Made by a program: the position numbers and the translations under genes. A DNA stretch of 60,437 nucleotides, counting the filler, from Sphacelaria rigidula (lineage: Eukaryota): the NCBI GenBank assembly GCA_964200075.2. It is 5 parts of 5 records of this genome, joined end to end, with 100 filler letters (N's around TTAATTAATTAA, not from the genome) between each part and the next. Parts side by side here need not be neighbours in the genome. Positions count along the whole stretch, not along the records: positions 1 to 12,009 come from CAXNAA020004235.1; positions 12,110 to 24,117 come from CAXNAA020004236.1; 3 more parts are not named here. One strand, written 5' to 3'. The number at the start of each line of letters is the position of its first letter. Within the stretch, counting starts at the first letter, position 1. Positions 1-12,174 of this stretch are shown here, one piece after another. The notes below the pieces were generated by a model, which worked only from the letters and a program-made list of their open reading frames with translations, was not told the DNA's origin and searched no databases.

Positions 1-77
1 GTTGTTTTATTTCATGTAGGTCGGCGCCGGGCACAGCGAAGGCGCGCGGCGGCCGGGGGACTGGGATGGGGGTGGGT

Positions 78-112
<35 letters not shown>

Positions 113-590
113 GTACTCGTGATCTTGCATACCGTAGTCATATGACATTGACCTCGCATTCCTACAAAGTCGGGACGGAGCACCCCGGGGTTCCGCCGGG
201 GCAGGCTCGGTACGACCAAGCGCGAAGCGCCGTGGTTCTTCCGGCAGGCGAGCTGCATCCTACGAACATCGTTCGGCTCGAAGCGTGCTGATCATCTTGC
301 ATTTGGATGACAGCCTCCAATGGGTTGCTTCAATTTCTAGTACCGCCACTTCGAGAGACAACCACGGGTTACACACTGCCTCATGAGTCTCATCAATTCA
401 ACACAACGTAGTACGATCGTCTCCCGTAGCACCAAGTTTGAGGTTCTCCACCCCGCACAGTAAAATCCAACTCGATCTTTTATGATTACCGCATAAACAC
501 GCAAGCGAAAAACGGTACCTGTGCTGCCTGGGTCACATTGTGAGTGGCGTTTGACAGCGTCGTTGCCAACTGACACTAACCCTCAACATG
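78..590 (-). mobile_element. 5'-truncated non-LTR retroelement copy, family A, with C-tract at its 3' end
   Basis: Homologous to 17960-18478, 23570-23688, 24320-24707, 25640-26158 and 36125-36225; minus strand ends ..GATCACGAGTACAC followed by a poly-C run. Confidence 0.75.
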
Positions 591-1468
591 GCAAATGGAA
601 ATGGACAGGGAGGGGGGGAGGGGGGGCAGCTCGCAGGACTCACGTTGGATACAGTCTCACCCGAAACAACTGGTGATAAAGACTGGTTGTGTATGTGAAA
701 CTCCAGCGCAAATTTCGCGTGAACCAGAGCATACAGCTGGCTACGCGGGTCGATTTGGTCCATGTCGACCCGGAATCGAGAAAGAAATATACACAAGAAA
801 CGATATGGAATTTTGATTCTACACACCTACGCCCTCACCGATAGCACTCTCGAACTTGCTGTCTTCATGGTAAGGTGTGGCAAACTCCTCGGATACTGCG
901 CAAGCGCACGATGAAGAAAAAAAAAAACAGAGGAAGCAAAGAGTTGGGACAAGAGGTGGCACATACAAATAAAAAAAACACGGCAACACACACGCGAAGA
1001 AGTTTAGCGAGCGTTTACCCGAAATCCTAGTAGTTGTAGACTACCAGAGGTGACCAGATCCGAAACTGGACTCGGAGAAAGGATGTACAGTGCGTTCAAA
1101 ACATTGGTACGAGTTGAACGTGAGTCAAAAAAATATCGACTCAATGTTACTAAAAACAACACCAAGTAGCCGATGTTTGTAGGCAACCTGGCGGTTTTTT
1201 GCGATTTCAGACGGGTCCAGGCCATGACTAAAACTTGTGCAGGCGACGACCTAACACGATTACTTACACTCATGCTCTTTCTCATTCGTTGAATTTGGAG
1301 TACGTTCACCGGTTCACCTGACCAATATCTACGCACACTGAACCACCCCCTGCAGCTAATGCAGCGATTGGCGAAGGAATTCATGATTTGCGGCTAGCGT
1401 GTTCAGTATCTATTTGCGGTCGGATGAGAGGGGGAGGGGGAGGGGGAGGGGGGTTCCTCCCGGAATAC

Positions 1469-1703
1469 TGCACACATCGGACAGCTCATGAGCTACCTAA
1501 ACAGTATTTCTTGTGAAAGTATGGATCCCGATCATGAGCTGGCTTATCTGGGCGCATTTGTCAGATTTGCCCCCTACAGCGCTGGACGCCGAGAACTCAG
1601 AAGTAGCACGAAGGTAATGCTGTAACGTATCTTGGGCTTTCGGACTAGGATCTGAGGGTCCTCTTCGACTAGCTGTTCAAGGTAGCTCATGAGTTCACGT
1701 GCA
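1469..1703. mobile_element. MITE with CTCATGAGCTACCT-core terminal inverted repeats
   Basis: acagctcatgagctacct at 1481-1498 and aggtagctcatgag at 1680-1693; related copy at 55107-55366. Confidence 0.6.
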
Positions 1704-1714
1704 GAGCACTGACA

Positions 1715-1950
1715 TGTGCGTGTGTTCGTGTGTGTTGTCATTCCATGTATTCTGGACGCCAGTCTACACGTTTCGGTATACGTGGGCGCACCAGCCGGAG
1801 TCACACAGGAGGAAGGCCAACACAGAAGCTTCCTCTTTTCTTCTTTTGTTTTAGTACTCCACCTACCTTGTGCGGTGCTTGCCATATTTTTTATCGCGAG
1901 AGGGTTTCAGCAGTCCTTTCTTCCCTCGTCGACCATGAAGTCGAATTGCA
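1715..1950 (-). mobile_element. 5'-truncated copy of the tRNA-derived SINE
   Basis: Aligns by eye with 5197-5425 (gccagtctacac..gtcacacaggagga..tccctcgtcgacc..gtcgaatt); lacks the tRNA-like head. Confidence 0.75.
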
Positions 1951-2825
1951 TGCGGCTGAAAAGCTCTCAGTGAAACCGTTTTTGTAATGTCGGTGCACCC
2001 TTTTGACGTGTACATTCCATGTTGTTTTATTTTGTAGCACCCTGTACCGGCTTTTGAGGGTCTTCGCGCGGGGACCCCCGGGATCTCGTCAAGCACCAAT
2101 ACCTACCAAACGGCCATGTGAGCTTTTCAACAGAGATAAAAGGGGAACCGTTACGAGGCTGTGAAGGTCTCCCGTGCCCACCATCGGTGAAAATCCGGCG
2201 AAGCCATAACCCCACGTCCCACGAAGTACCATGGTTTGAGGTATATAATTCGATCTCACATAGTAACCGTTTTCATTATGTTCCCCTCTAGATTCCTGTG
2301 CATGGCGGTTATACTAGAGGTATCTCTCCTGGTTGTTTTGTTTCACTCTTTCAAGTGAAAGCGATGGCGATTCATCAGATGATGAGACCCTTTGACCGCC
2401 AGGTCAGGTCCTTCCAGTAATCGACGTCACCTTCACTTGAAAAAAATAGTACAAAACCCAGGGCCAGCGAATGAACCAGAAAACCGGGAACCGAGTTCGA
2501 GATACCTCTGCTCGTACTACGATTTGAGGCACGTGGAGAATAGATATAAATAGTAATCAGAATTATTGCGTTGTAAGTTCAGAACAGTTGTCAAGGCCGT
2601 TAATGGATTTGAGCAAGGCATTTCGCGCCACCGCTTTGGACTTGAACGAAATTCGGCCGTGTCACCCTCTTCACTTGTCCGTGGCGCTCAATAGGATGGA
2701 TATGTATGCAAGTGTCGGATGAACATCGAGGGAGGAAGATGCTGATGAAAATATCTGGGGTGACGAGGGGGCGACCTGGAGTTTTCGTCGTATGTTCATG
2801 GTTGATTTCTTCGAACAACATCGCC

Positions 2826-3040
2826 AACCCTAACCCCGACCCAAGGCGTACGAGACCGTCGGGCGAGGGGGAACCATAGCTTCCTCAAGGCAGAGTGTGC
2901 GTCGGCAGACATGAAATCGACGCCGATCTCGACAAGAAAACGCGTTCTGGACGAGCTGAATCCATTGCTCACCTGTCCCAAACCATAGATATACGACCAA
3001 GTCGAGTAGTCATGATTACAACCATAGATATACGACCAAA
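2826..3040 (-). repeat. Dispersed repeat ending in telomere-like GGGTTAGGG
   Basis: Reverse complement matches 6345-6552, 4095-4250 and 6955-7057; ends in ccaaccctaaccccgaccc on the plus strand; internal 20-bp direct repeat aaccatagatatacgaccaa at 2981 and 3020. Confidence 0.65.
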
Positions 3041-3359
3041 ACTCTAGGTCCACTGGTGATGGAAGTCAACCAGGTCTTGAGTCATCACTATGCTGCCACT
3101 ATCGAATCACACAACCCCTCTACTCTAGCTTCGAGCAAAATATGACGTTTCTCGGCATCCCGAAATGTTTTTCGAAACACGCACGGTGTTTGACTTCCGG
3201 GAGTTTCTCACCAAGCACCTCCTCGCCAAAAAAAACATACCCTCCCCCTGGCGGTGTTGTCATCTAGCAAAATGTTCCGAGATCATGGTGGAGGTTGATG
3301 GGGGCATTACTAAACTGTCGACCGGTAAAGTTGGATACTGGTGTCATCAGTAGAAGCGA

Positions 3360-3910
3360 GAAACAAAGCTATGAACACGCGAGGTCCGCATGTCCTGGCC
3401 CCAGCAGTTAATGGCGACTCAACAGTCAGGCGATTTGAATGTGAACACCAACAATCGGATGACTAATGCGAATGATTTCGAGTTGTGGGGGAGAGGGCTA
3501 ACATCTACATGGCAGCCTGGACGGAAGCACGCCACGCTAAGGAACGTTTTGCTGTACCACCACTGGAGCTACCCCAGTGCCCACCAAGGACCTTTAAAAG
3601 TAACCAGTAGTCCGTCGGGTAGTAAGTACACTCACTAGCATATCTGCCATCTCTCCGAACAGCTGTGGTGGTCCATGAGGGTGCCCGGGGTTGTTTTTCC
3701 GGTCACCCCCCGCCCGGTGGCCTTGAGAATTCCCTTGTGTCATCTGCCCTTTCTTTCGCTGTCTCCTTTTATTTATTTATTCTCTTTCCTTCTTCTGTCG
3801 GCGTGCTCTTCTGAGCAGATCCTAAGTATTTTTTTCTTTACCCCGTTGAACTCGGGGACGCTACTCATGTTCTCTTGGCGTGTCTATTTTTATTTTCATT
3901 TTGGGATTGT
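3360..3910 (+). mobile_element. Probable RTE-type LINE 3' fragment with T-rich tail
   Basis: Degenerate reading ..RVVGERANIYMAAWTEARHAK.. resembles the RTE C-terminus at 47990-48100; followed by UTR and T-rich tail. Confidence 0.4.
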
Positions 3911-4094
3911 TTCAGTCGATTGCATCTATTTTTGTAATTAGGCTGGAGTCTAGAGAAAAATGATGGAGGACTCTGTGTCTTGTAAGGAATAGTAGGTACA
4001 GTATTCGAAAGACGAGGCTACGTTTGTGACCACGGGTTCGAGAGATCGGACCAATGTGTGTAAATAATACTAATAACGCAGCTGACAGTCCCAA

Positions 4095-4250
4095 GTGCGC
4101 CTGTCGTGCCCAGGACGCGTATTGATCAAAATCGGCGCCGTAGTTGAGGTCTGCCAACGTCACACTTTTCCTGCGGAACGCTTTGCACCCCCCTCGCCTG
4201 AGGTTTCTCGGTCTTACTTGGGTTGGAATTCGGCTCGGGGGTAGCGTTAT
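4095..4250 (+). repeat. Diverged copy of the telomere-tailed repeat
   Basis: aaatcggcgccg..ttgaggtctgcc..ccccctcg..ttctcgg matches 6381-6480. Confidence 0.55.
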
Positions 4251-4879
4251 ATATTATTACTTCGGAACAATACATTTCCGAGAAATTTCTTCAAAGAGTT
4301 AATCGACCAAGTGGTGGACACACTTCGATCCTGCACCCCTTGCGACCGAAGGACCGGAGTTTGAAATGACGAAATAGGGTGTGGAGGGCTACTAGATTTA
4401 CATACGTTTTGCTTCTGGCTTGCCCATGCCTTTGGAAGCGATGAGCGCTCGTGGGGGCGGCAGGTAATCCATTTCACTCGGGCTAGCTGGCAACGGAAGT
4501 TGAGCTGCGCATCCAAGGGGAATAATACTCGACCCCCAACCCCCTGTGCGCGAGAGTTCGTCATGTGTTGAACAGTTAGACAGCAAGGGTAGGTCACATG
4601 CTCAATCGGCATCATCGTCGAAAAATCGGCATCATCGTTGAAAAAAGTATGCGTCATCTACATGGACTACCCGCACCGCGGTCTGGAGGTTTAATACGGT
4701 ATCATTTCCACTTGGGTAGTGAGACGCATACGGACCACCGTGGCGAGTGTAAATGCCATGAACATGTTAAAAACTTCTCCAGAAACGTTCCCGGCCTCTT
4801 CAGATCCGACTCCAGGTCTATAAATAGTTAATATGGTACAGTAGTACGAGTACATGAGACGGAAAAAATCATGTAGAGC

Positions 4880-4985
4880 TAACCCTTCGACTGCGAGCGA
4901 AGGTTATCTGGGTTATGCCTTCATTTTTCAAGTAAAAATGGCGTTGATTAAACATATCACCTACCCTGGCGGTCAAGGGGTGAAC
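4880..4985. mobile_element. piggyBac-like MITE (diverged)
   Basis: aacccttcgactgcgag..ctggcggtcaaggggtgaa termini, similar to 38011-38116. Confidence 0.55.
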
Positions 4986-5196
4986 CAGTACGTACAAAAG
5001 AAAATGATGAGTACTGTAGTGCTGTTTTTGTCAGTGCTGCGGTTATGACATACTTATTATTAAACGATGTCCAGATCGAAAACGTGCGGCGAAGAAGAAA
5101 AATGATATGCAACCCCAGTCATGTCCAACGGTCAGGACACGCTCAAAGACACGGCGTATCTTGATCGATGCATATTATTGGATAAAGGGGGGCCGC

Positions 5197-5560
5197 TTGT
5201 TGTGTGTGTGTCTTGTCGTCCCTTCTATTTTGGGCGCCAGTCTACACCTTTCGGTAAATGTGGCCGCACCGGCCGGGGTCACACAGGAGGAACGTCAACA
5301 CAGGAGCTTTTTCTTCTTAGTTTGTTTTGAGTTCCCCACCTTCCCTCTGCGGTGCTTGCCTTCATTTTTTATCGTGAGAGGGATTTAGCAGTCTCTTTCC
5401 CTCGTCGACCGTTACGTCGAATTTTGTGAACCCACGACATAGTCGCTCTCCACTCTTGGGCATAGATAGTGTGGGAAAAAATACCAGGTCGCTCCGAGAA
5501 CTGAACCCACGACCCAACCGTCAGAAGGGTTCGCGGTTACCAACTGAGCCTCCGGGGCGA
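5197..5560 (-). mobile_element. tRNA-derived SINE, apparently full length
   Basis: Minus-strand head GCCCCGGAGGCTCAGTTGGTAACC..GTCGTGGGTTCAGTTCTC with A-box and B-box-like motifs (5558-5488), unique body, (CA)n tail at about 5210-5197; second copy at 1715-1950. Confidence 0.75.
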
Positions 5561-6344
5561 GCGGCTCTATTGCGTGTCAAATTACAACCGAAAATGTGCC
5601 GTTGCTGACCGTTTGTATGCGTGTGCTGCGCGCCCGTCTCACGCATACCATCGTTTCTCGTTGAATTTCCAACAGATTTGGGCGTTTGACTGCCTTGAGT
5701 TGTCTGTCAAGCCTTTGCACGTACCCCTGTCAACGGGAAATCATATTTGCCAAAGTAATTTTGAGACCGTTTTTTTTTTTTTGGGGGGGGGGGAAGGAGT
5801 TCGGTGTTTTAGCAACCGATCACGGGCTGTTTTTTCGATAAGACCCCGCCTCAACAGCGTTCAAACGTACCATCTGTACCCCATCGAGCTCTGCTATAAT
5901 CACTCTTGTCCCCACCGCACGCTCGCCCTGTACGAGAAGATCTCATGCACGCATATACAACCTCCGACGCGCTTCCAGCTCGCAAACACCTCCCATGTCC
6001 CGTCTGCATTCAAGCGAGCTGGGTACCACCCGTTTTACTCCTGGAACGTCGCCTCGTGGGGGACGGTTTCATACATACATATTCAACTCGCGGCCGACCA
6101 CCTCCAACGGCGTTCCAGGCTTGCAAATTCTATCCGTACATATCGTCTGTAGCGCAGCGAGCTGGAGGGGTTTTGCTACTTCCAATCCCAAAACACGCTC
6201 GCTTCGCACGATATGACAGTATTTTGACATGTGGATATCACTATACAGACAGTAGAGTAAAGGAAGCTAGAGCTTACGCATTGATCGTCAGAGTGACTAT
6301 TTTTATTAGATGTTCACACAAACACCGATATTCGGATCTTCAAA

Positions 6345-6552
6345 GTGGGTGACGAGCTTGCCCGAAACGTGTCCTTGTCCAAATCGGCGCCGCAGGTGCA
6401 GTGCAGATTTGAGGTCTAACATAGCACAGTTTGCGTCGAGCAACCTTGGCCCCCTCATCATCAAGGGTTCTCGGATGCCTTGGTCAGGGTCAGGGTCAGG
6501 GTCAGGGTTTTATAGGGTTAAGGGTTAGGGTTAGTGTTAGCATTAGCGTTAG
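6345..6552 (+). repeat. Dispersed repeat followed by interstitial telomere-like array (TCAGGG)4, then TTAGGG-like units
   Basis: ggtcagggtcagggtcagggtcagggttttatagggttaagggttagggttagtgttagcattagcgttag at 6482-6552. Confidence 0.7.
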
Positions 6553-6954
6553 TTCAAAATCATGAAGTTTCGAGGACGATTTGTCAGCCATTCTTTCGAT
6601 CAAAGCGTAAGGATTTCTCGAGTGAAGCTTGCCCATTGGAGATACCTTCGAGTCGAGGTTCCGATTACATCTGACAGAATTTCACCGTGTAATATACCGG
6701 GAACCCCGAGTTTGAGACGTCTGTTGACCCACACCAGCAGTACGGGAAACAGAACGTGCAGAACGGGCGTCGAAAGTCCTCGGAAAGGAAACTCGGAACT
6801 TGTATAGCTCTAGATACCTGTTTTCCTGACTACTGTAAACACGACAGTTAGCTACAGAGAAACTTGAGTACAAAAATGAAACGCGAAAGAAACAAATAAT
6901 CATAATGAAGGAAACACTACTGATCGAACGCGGGGGTTTTATAGGTTCGCGTAG

Positions 6955-7057
6955 GCAACGTGTGCGTGGCAGTCCTCAAATCGACGCCGCAGGCGCGATT
7001 TCGACAAGAACACGTTTTGAATGAGCTGGGTCTACTGCTCGCTGGCCCGAAACCATA
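6955..7057 (-). repeat. Partial copy of the telomere-tailed repeat
   Basis: aaatcgacgccg..tcgacaagaa..gagctg..tgctc..aaaccata matches 2914-2987. Confidence 0.55.
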
Positions 7058-8038
7058 TTTTTTTTTAAAGCTTTCTCCAATCCAAAATCAGGTAGTCATG
7101 CTGTGAACCATAAATACACGCCCAAAGCAACAGGTCTTCTGTGTTGAGGATGGGTCTGCTAAAAACAGATGCATGTCGCGCGTAAAGGCAGGACTATTCT
7201 GAATCCAAGTATTTCTTGCAACAACACAGGTCCGATTGCCACGCTCCTCTTTTGTTGATTTCTCGTACGCCAAGCCACTGCTACTAAAAGGTACTGTCGT
7301 GCAACACCCTAGACAGTAAGTAGGACGGTACATGAAGGTACAGCAGCAGAGTGATTGTATGCACTTGTGCTCTTGCTTCTCTACGCGGGGAAAAATACAG
7401 CGGGGCGAATCATTTCCAGTCATGCCCCCATCTACCAAGAAAAGAGACATGAAAGAAGATAAATCTCCGTGTTGTGCAACAGGGGGAAGAATTTCCGAAG
7501 ATCAGCCGTTCGAGACCGAGTGGGATCAGCGGCGGCTCGGTCCAATCAGCGGGCACTCCTCTCACAGGGTAAGACAATATTGAGTGGAAGACACCATCGT
7601 AGTGCACAGTGTTGTGGACAATCGAGTATTTTGAAAACTATTTGAACACGGTATGATTACGATATAAGCTCAAGTGCGTGAGTGCCCCAGTGTACACGGA
7701 GTACCGTGATCTTCACGTCATTTCTCGGGGTGGAAGTGGATCATATGCTGCTGGATTTTCCAGTTTTTCTCGCACAGGAGAAGTCGATCGGGCGAGTTCA
7801 TGAGTACCACACAGCAGAAATCCGTCGAGTACACGACTTTCACCAGCGTGCATGCACGAATAATAATCATCTATTTTTGCTCGACACAAAAAATCGTCTG
7901 TTTTTGCCCCGCCCCTGGAGAGGTCAGGTTGTGGGAGGACGACGCATTTGCGTACAACTACTGGCAAAATATATACGCAACTCGTCCTACTAGGGGTCCT
8001 CAAACTCGACGGTACGGGTAATCGAGTACAAATTACTG

Positions 8039-8390
8039 TTAACCCTTTGAACACGAGGGTAGGCGATCTGTTGAATGGACACCAGTCATGATATTTGTCA
8101 GGTGTACATATACATGATGCCGATTCAACAGAACGCCTACGCTCGAGGTTCAGGTTATTCAACTACGTATCACGGTCTACCCTTTGATCGCGAGGGTGGG
8201 GTGTCCTGTTGGATGGGCAGCGTTCACGGTATTTTTCAGGTGTAAATGATGCCGATTCATCAGAACGCCTACCCTCGCGGTCAGGGGTTAACCCTTCGAC
8301 CCCGAGCGTGAGTCTTCTGTCGAATCAGCATCAAATCTACTAGAAAAATTGGGAAATCATCATGTCCTACCCTCGCGGTCCACGGGTTGA
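8039..8390. mobile_element. Three tandem piggyBac-like MITEs
   Basis: Units start (TT)AACCCTT..GAG and end CTCGCGGTC..GGGTT(AA); copies at about 8039-8156, 8179-8291 and 8288-8390, the last two sharing a TTAA at 8288-8291. Confidence 0.7.
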
Positions 8391-10453
8391 ATTTGAATTC
8401 AAATATACCTTGAACCTCGAGTTCGAGATACCTTCTCTATACGGTGTTTCAAGAATGTTTCATCATGTGATAGCGAAGTGAAATATGCACCAAAGTAAAA
8501 TATGCACCATTAGTCCAGTTACGACAGTACAGGGCAAATAGTACGGTTCATGTGCGCCTAGCCCTGTGTTGAGAGTACAGTGCTTCCATCACCCATCGTG
8601 CGGACAGGCGCTGGCCTGTTGTGTGTACATCACTGTTCATGAAGTTGATGAGTAGAACAAGAGGTAGAACAAGAGGTACATCGGAAAAAACTGTTCTACT
8701 GTAGCCGGTTCGAAATCGAGCACTTTGGGGCAAATACCTGCCCTTCAGCTACGTGATGTTCGTGTATAGTTGATAACACAGGATACTTCTACAGATGAAG
8801 CGCAGACAAGCGGGGACACGCATGACCGGTCCTATCTGTAGAGCGAAAAATGGTTGCACCTGGTCAATGCCCCCCTCACTCTCCTTTACCCAGCACCCTA
8901 CAGTCAGTATACCAGGCGTGAAAACCCCACGCAAAACGCACCAGTGGAGTCAGGGCCTTCGCTGCCAGGCTTGATCTTTATCGAGTCACCAGATACCATC
9001 TTCCCGGAGGTGCCACCGCCAAGCCACTTGAAATCGTCGGTACCGAGTCTCTGCTCGCCTGCGCTCGTCACAACGTATCCACGGTCAAGCCACTCGATCA
9101 GAGAATTGTTTTTGAAATGATGTTCTTGAAGTTGGAACAAGTTGATGGAGAGAGTGACAGCTATGGCAAAGACGGGACACCATACGGCAGAATTCTGTCC
9201 TCTGGGTGCATTCGGGTGTAGGAAGAGAAAAGAGAAGATCGGTGTACCAGAGAGGGCCGAGACGCAATGAAAAGGCCATCTGATTCCATGTGTCAGAATT
9301 AGAATCTACAGAGTATCGACACAAAAGAATAGAGAATAATAACGAGGTACGAGAGAAAACGTGTCCCTTCGACCATTTCTCGCTCTGCTTCAAAATGTAC
9401 ACGAAACAGAAATCAGTTGCTCGCTGGATTTTTTTTTCCCCACCGCTTATTAAAAAAAAACCGCCACACGTCAACGGTTGTTGAACAATTGTTCAACAAG
9501 AGGGGGTTTTGGTTCATAGTGTTCTCATGTTTAACCTGGTATGATGAGAAGGGCGGGGGGAACTGGCTATATAAGAATCGTGACTACAAACTGCAACCTG
9601 AAATACCGAGATCTATGTGTGGTTTAGCAACACCAATCTACTCCGTACGGCTTCGTGTTGCCGCCGACATCGTTTTTTCATCGACGACTCGACAGAAATT
9701 TCAATGCAGCGGACCTCGCGCTTGCCTGGTCTGGCGGGATATTTCGGAACGACTCGTGTTCATTATCTTTTTGTCACGGGCGCATCATGCCTCCTGTGTT
9801 GGCCGTATTTCGAAGGAATGAACGGCTTTACAATGGAAAAAGAGAAGAAATGAAGTTGAGCGAAATCAGGTCATACATGTCATCAATGCTGTACATGAGA
9901 CACAGATGTTATCTACCCACTAGAAAAAGGCCAGTTGGCCAAACATCAGATGAGCACATGCTGTCCACACGAACACACTGCCCCGCATGAACAATGTTGG
10001 CCCCCGAAAAACAAAGCTATGGATAGAAACGTTCAATCTTAATGTCCAAAATATATTCGAAACTCGGGTAACCGTAGTGTGTGAGACCACGGGCCAAACA
10101 TTCCGGCGATTGTGGTCGGTTTGTGCCCTCACAAACATCAAAATGGCATCGTTATCCAAGCGGCGGCATGCTGCTTGACCTGCAGTCGACTGGGTACAAA
10201 ATGCCGCTTTTGACTGAAAGAACATGGTCACGCCAGGCGGCTGTACTGACTGTGTGTAGATGGGTACTGTACTGACTGTGTGTAGCAGTGCTCTATTGGG
10301 GGACAAAAGGTGGATTGATGTGCACAGGATGGGATAGGAAACACACAAAACGAGACGACCCGCACTACACTCTAACAGTACAAACAGCAGCGTTGCGATT
10401 CAATCCAAACAGCACAGCTAGATTCCTCAAACAATACATTAGACACACCTGGG

Positions 10454-11281
10454 ATGGGCACGGCAGTGCTGGCATCTCCATATTCGACTGTATCCGGCCC
10501 ATGTCCATGGGCTCCACAACACGCACCACCAGCGGTGCAGCCAGGGCAGGCCATACAACCCCCGCATACCGAATCCCAGCTGGCCTGGCAGCCATTGCAA
10601 AAGGTCGTGCAGGAGGAGCCGCAGCCACGGCCACAGCTGCCACCGCATGCGCCCATGCACGTCCCCGCACAAGCATTGCCGCAGCTGACACACGTTGCGC
10701 AGCCGAGGCACCCAATGTCACCCGTGCCGACACATCCCCCACAACCTAGGCTACGCGTGCATCCCGTGCAGCTACGACAGCCGAAGCAACCGCATGCAAC
10801 CTCTCCTCGTCGCCAACCCCTTTCCGAGGACGGAGCGCATCCCATATTTCGTCTGTTTTGTGTGGTGTGTTTCGAGTAAAAACGGAACAAACGGTATGTA
10901 CTGGAGTGGTGGTACTGGGTGGAGTACAGACGGCAACAGCTGCTACGGTTGCAGTGCTACGTCAAGGAACACGATGTTCGTGTCCCAGACACTGCACTGT
11001 CGCCAAATTTCGTGCAGGATATGATCGTGTCGCACTACACTGTGCGTAAGGAGTCGTTGCGACGCAAGGTGATGGCCGTGACCGCCTGTTCTTATTACGT
11101 GGATCCGTCGGCAATGACAGAGATCGCGCTCCGTTACCCCCCGAGAAAAAGACCAATTAATCTATCGACCAGATGGACTTGCGCAGGGTCCTGCCCCTTG
11201 AGAGCATTTTGTACAGACTATACCGTCCCCTGCTCTCTGCCGAACTATTTCCGTCAGGCTAAGATTCAGGCAATGCGTTGA
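10454..11281 (+). pseudogene. Intronless Pro/Gln/His-rich ORF interrupted by one in-frame stop; unknown family
   Basis: ORFs 10454-10879 and 10919-11281 share a frame and are separated by a single TAA; no domain recognised. Confidence 0.3.
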
Positions 11282-11794
11282 ACAATCTTGCTTCCTAATG
11301 CTACCTTACCAGTGCTCTCTCTCGTTGGCTGACGACCCGCTCGTTGGCTGACTACCCGAAGTCCTTCCCTCAGCGTCTCTTTTAGTCTGTTTCGATGTAA
11401 ATGCTTTCTGGGGCGAGGCACAGCCCAGAGCTTCAATTAAGAAAATAGTTCTTCCAAGGAATGTATGAGCAACCCAGAACATGCTCCCTCTCATTTTTTT
11501 TGTGCCATTTGCCATATTACCCTGTGGTATCAGCGCCCGCGGTCGAAAAGAGGCTACGAGGTTCAAGAGTCTCGTTTACCTACAGTATGTTACGCACCTA
11601 TCTGATGTCTGATGTTGGATGATACTATCATGGTTGCTGACCTTCCTGCAGATAGGTCGTGCAATTCGGGTGGTGACGACATCACACGGCTTTTCAGGCG
11701 TCCCATCAGCGCGAACAGGGGGAATTCTAATGAAAAAAGGAGCGGGCACTCGATCTCTTTTATTTTTCATCCGGCATTCCAAATGAGAATCCCC

Positions 11795-11940
11795 AAAGCA
11801 ATATTATCTCATCGATACAGACGAGTTGGGCCGTGATCCGCATATCGTACTGATTGTATAATCAAGGGGAAGGTGCCCATCTGCTCAACAACAGTCTGGC
11901 TGGGACAATACTTTCTCGTTAATTACACCCCACATACACT
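11795..11940 (+). repeat. Internal fragment of the CACTA-like element
   Basis: ttgggccgtgatccgcat..aaggtgcccatctgctc..tttctcgtt matches 34725-34855 and the reverse of 37060-37190. Confidence 0.65.
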
Positions 11941-12009
11941 ACGACTTGCTTCGAAAGGTGCACTACCGACTCCTCCTGCGAGTCATCGGGTACCGACGAG
12001 AGCGCGGCA

Positions 12010-12109
12010 NNNNNNNNNNNNNNNNNNNNNNNNNNNNNNNNNNNNNNNNNNNNTTAATTAATTAANNNNNNNNNNNNNNNNNNNNNNNNNNNNNNNNNNN
12101 NNNNNNNNN
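12010..12109. other. Artificial contig-joining spacer (N44-TTAATTAATTAA-N44)
   Basis: 100-bp N spacer with a 12-mer giving stops in all six frames; identical spacers recur three more times. Confidence 0.98.
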
Positions 12110-12174
12110 TTTAATCCTCCGGGTTCTCATCCTCAATGAAAAGCACCATCCTCAATATAGATGATTGGCTGTTC
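12110..12174. repeat. Repeat at contig start
   Basis: tttaatcctccgggt.ctcatcctcaatgaaaagcaccatcctcaa.atagatgat.ggctgtt also begins contig 4 (36330-36394). Confidence 0.8.

Noticed and set aside
7-291. Poly-Pro and poly-Gly ORFs
   Set aside because: Produced by a G homopolymer next to a retroelement end
2981-3039. 20-bp direct repeat with a 19-bp spacer as a CRISPR-like array
   Set aside because: Only two units, inside a dispersed repeat, eukaryotic context, no cas genes
5488-5558. Functional tRNA gene
   Set aside because: Degenerate stems and contiguous with a repeated SINE body
6482-6552. True telomere
   Set aside because: Internal, short, degenerate and attached to a dispersed repeat
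12054-12065. Periodic TTAATTAATTAA every ~12.1 kb as a biological motif
   Set aside because: Embedded in N runs; a six-frame-stop assembly linker
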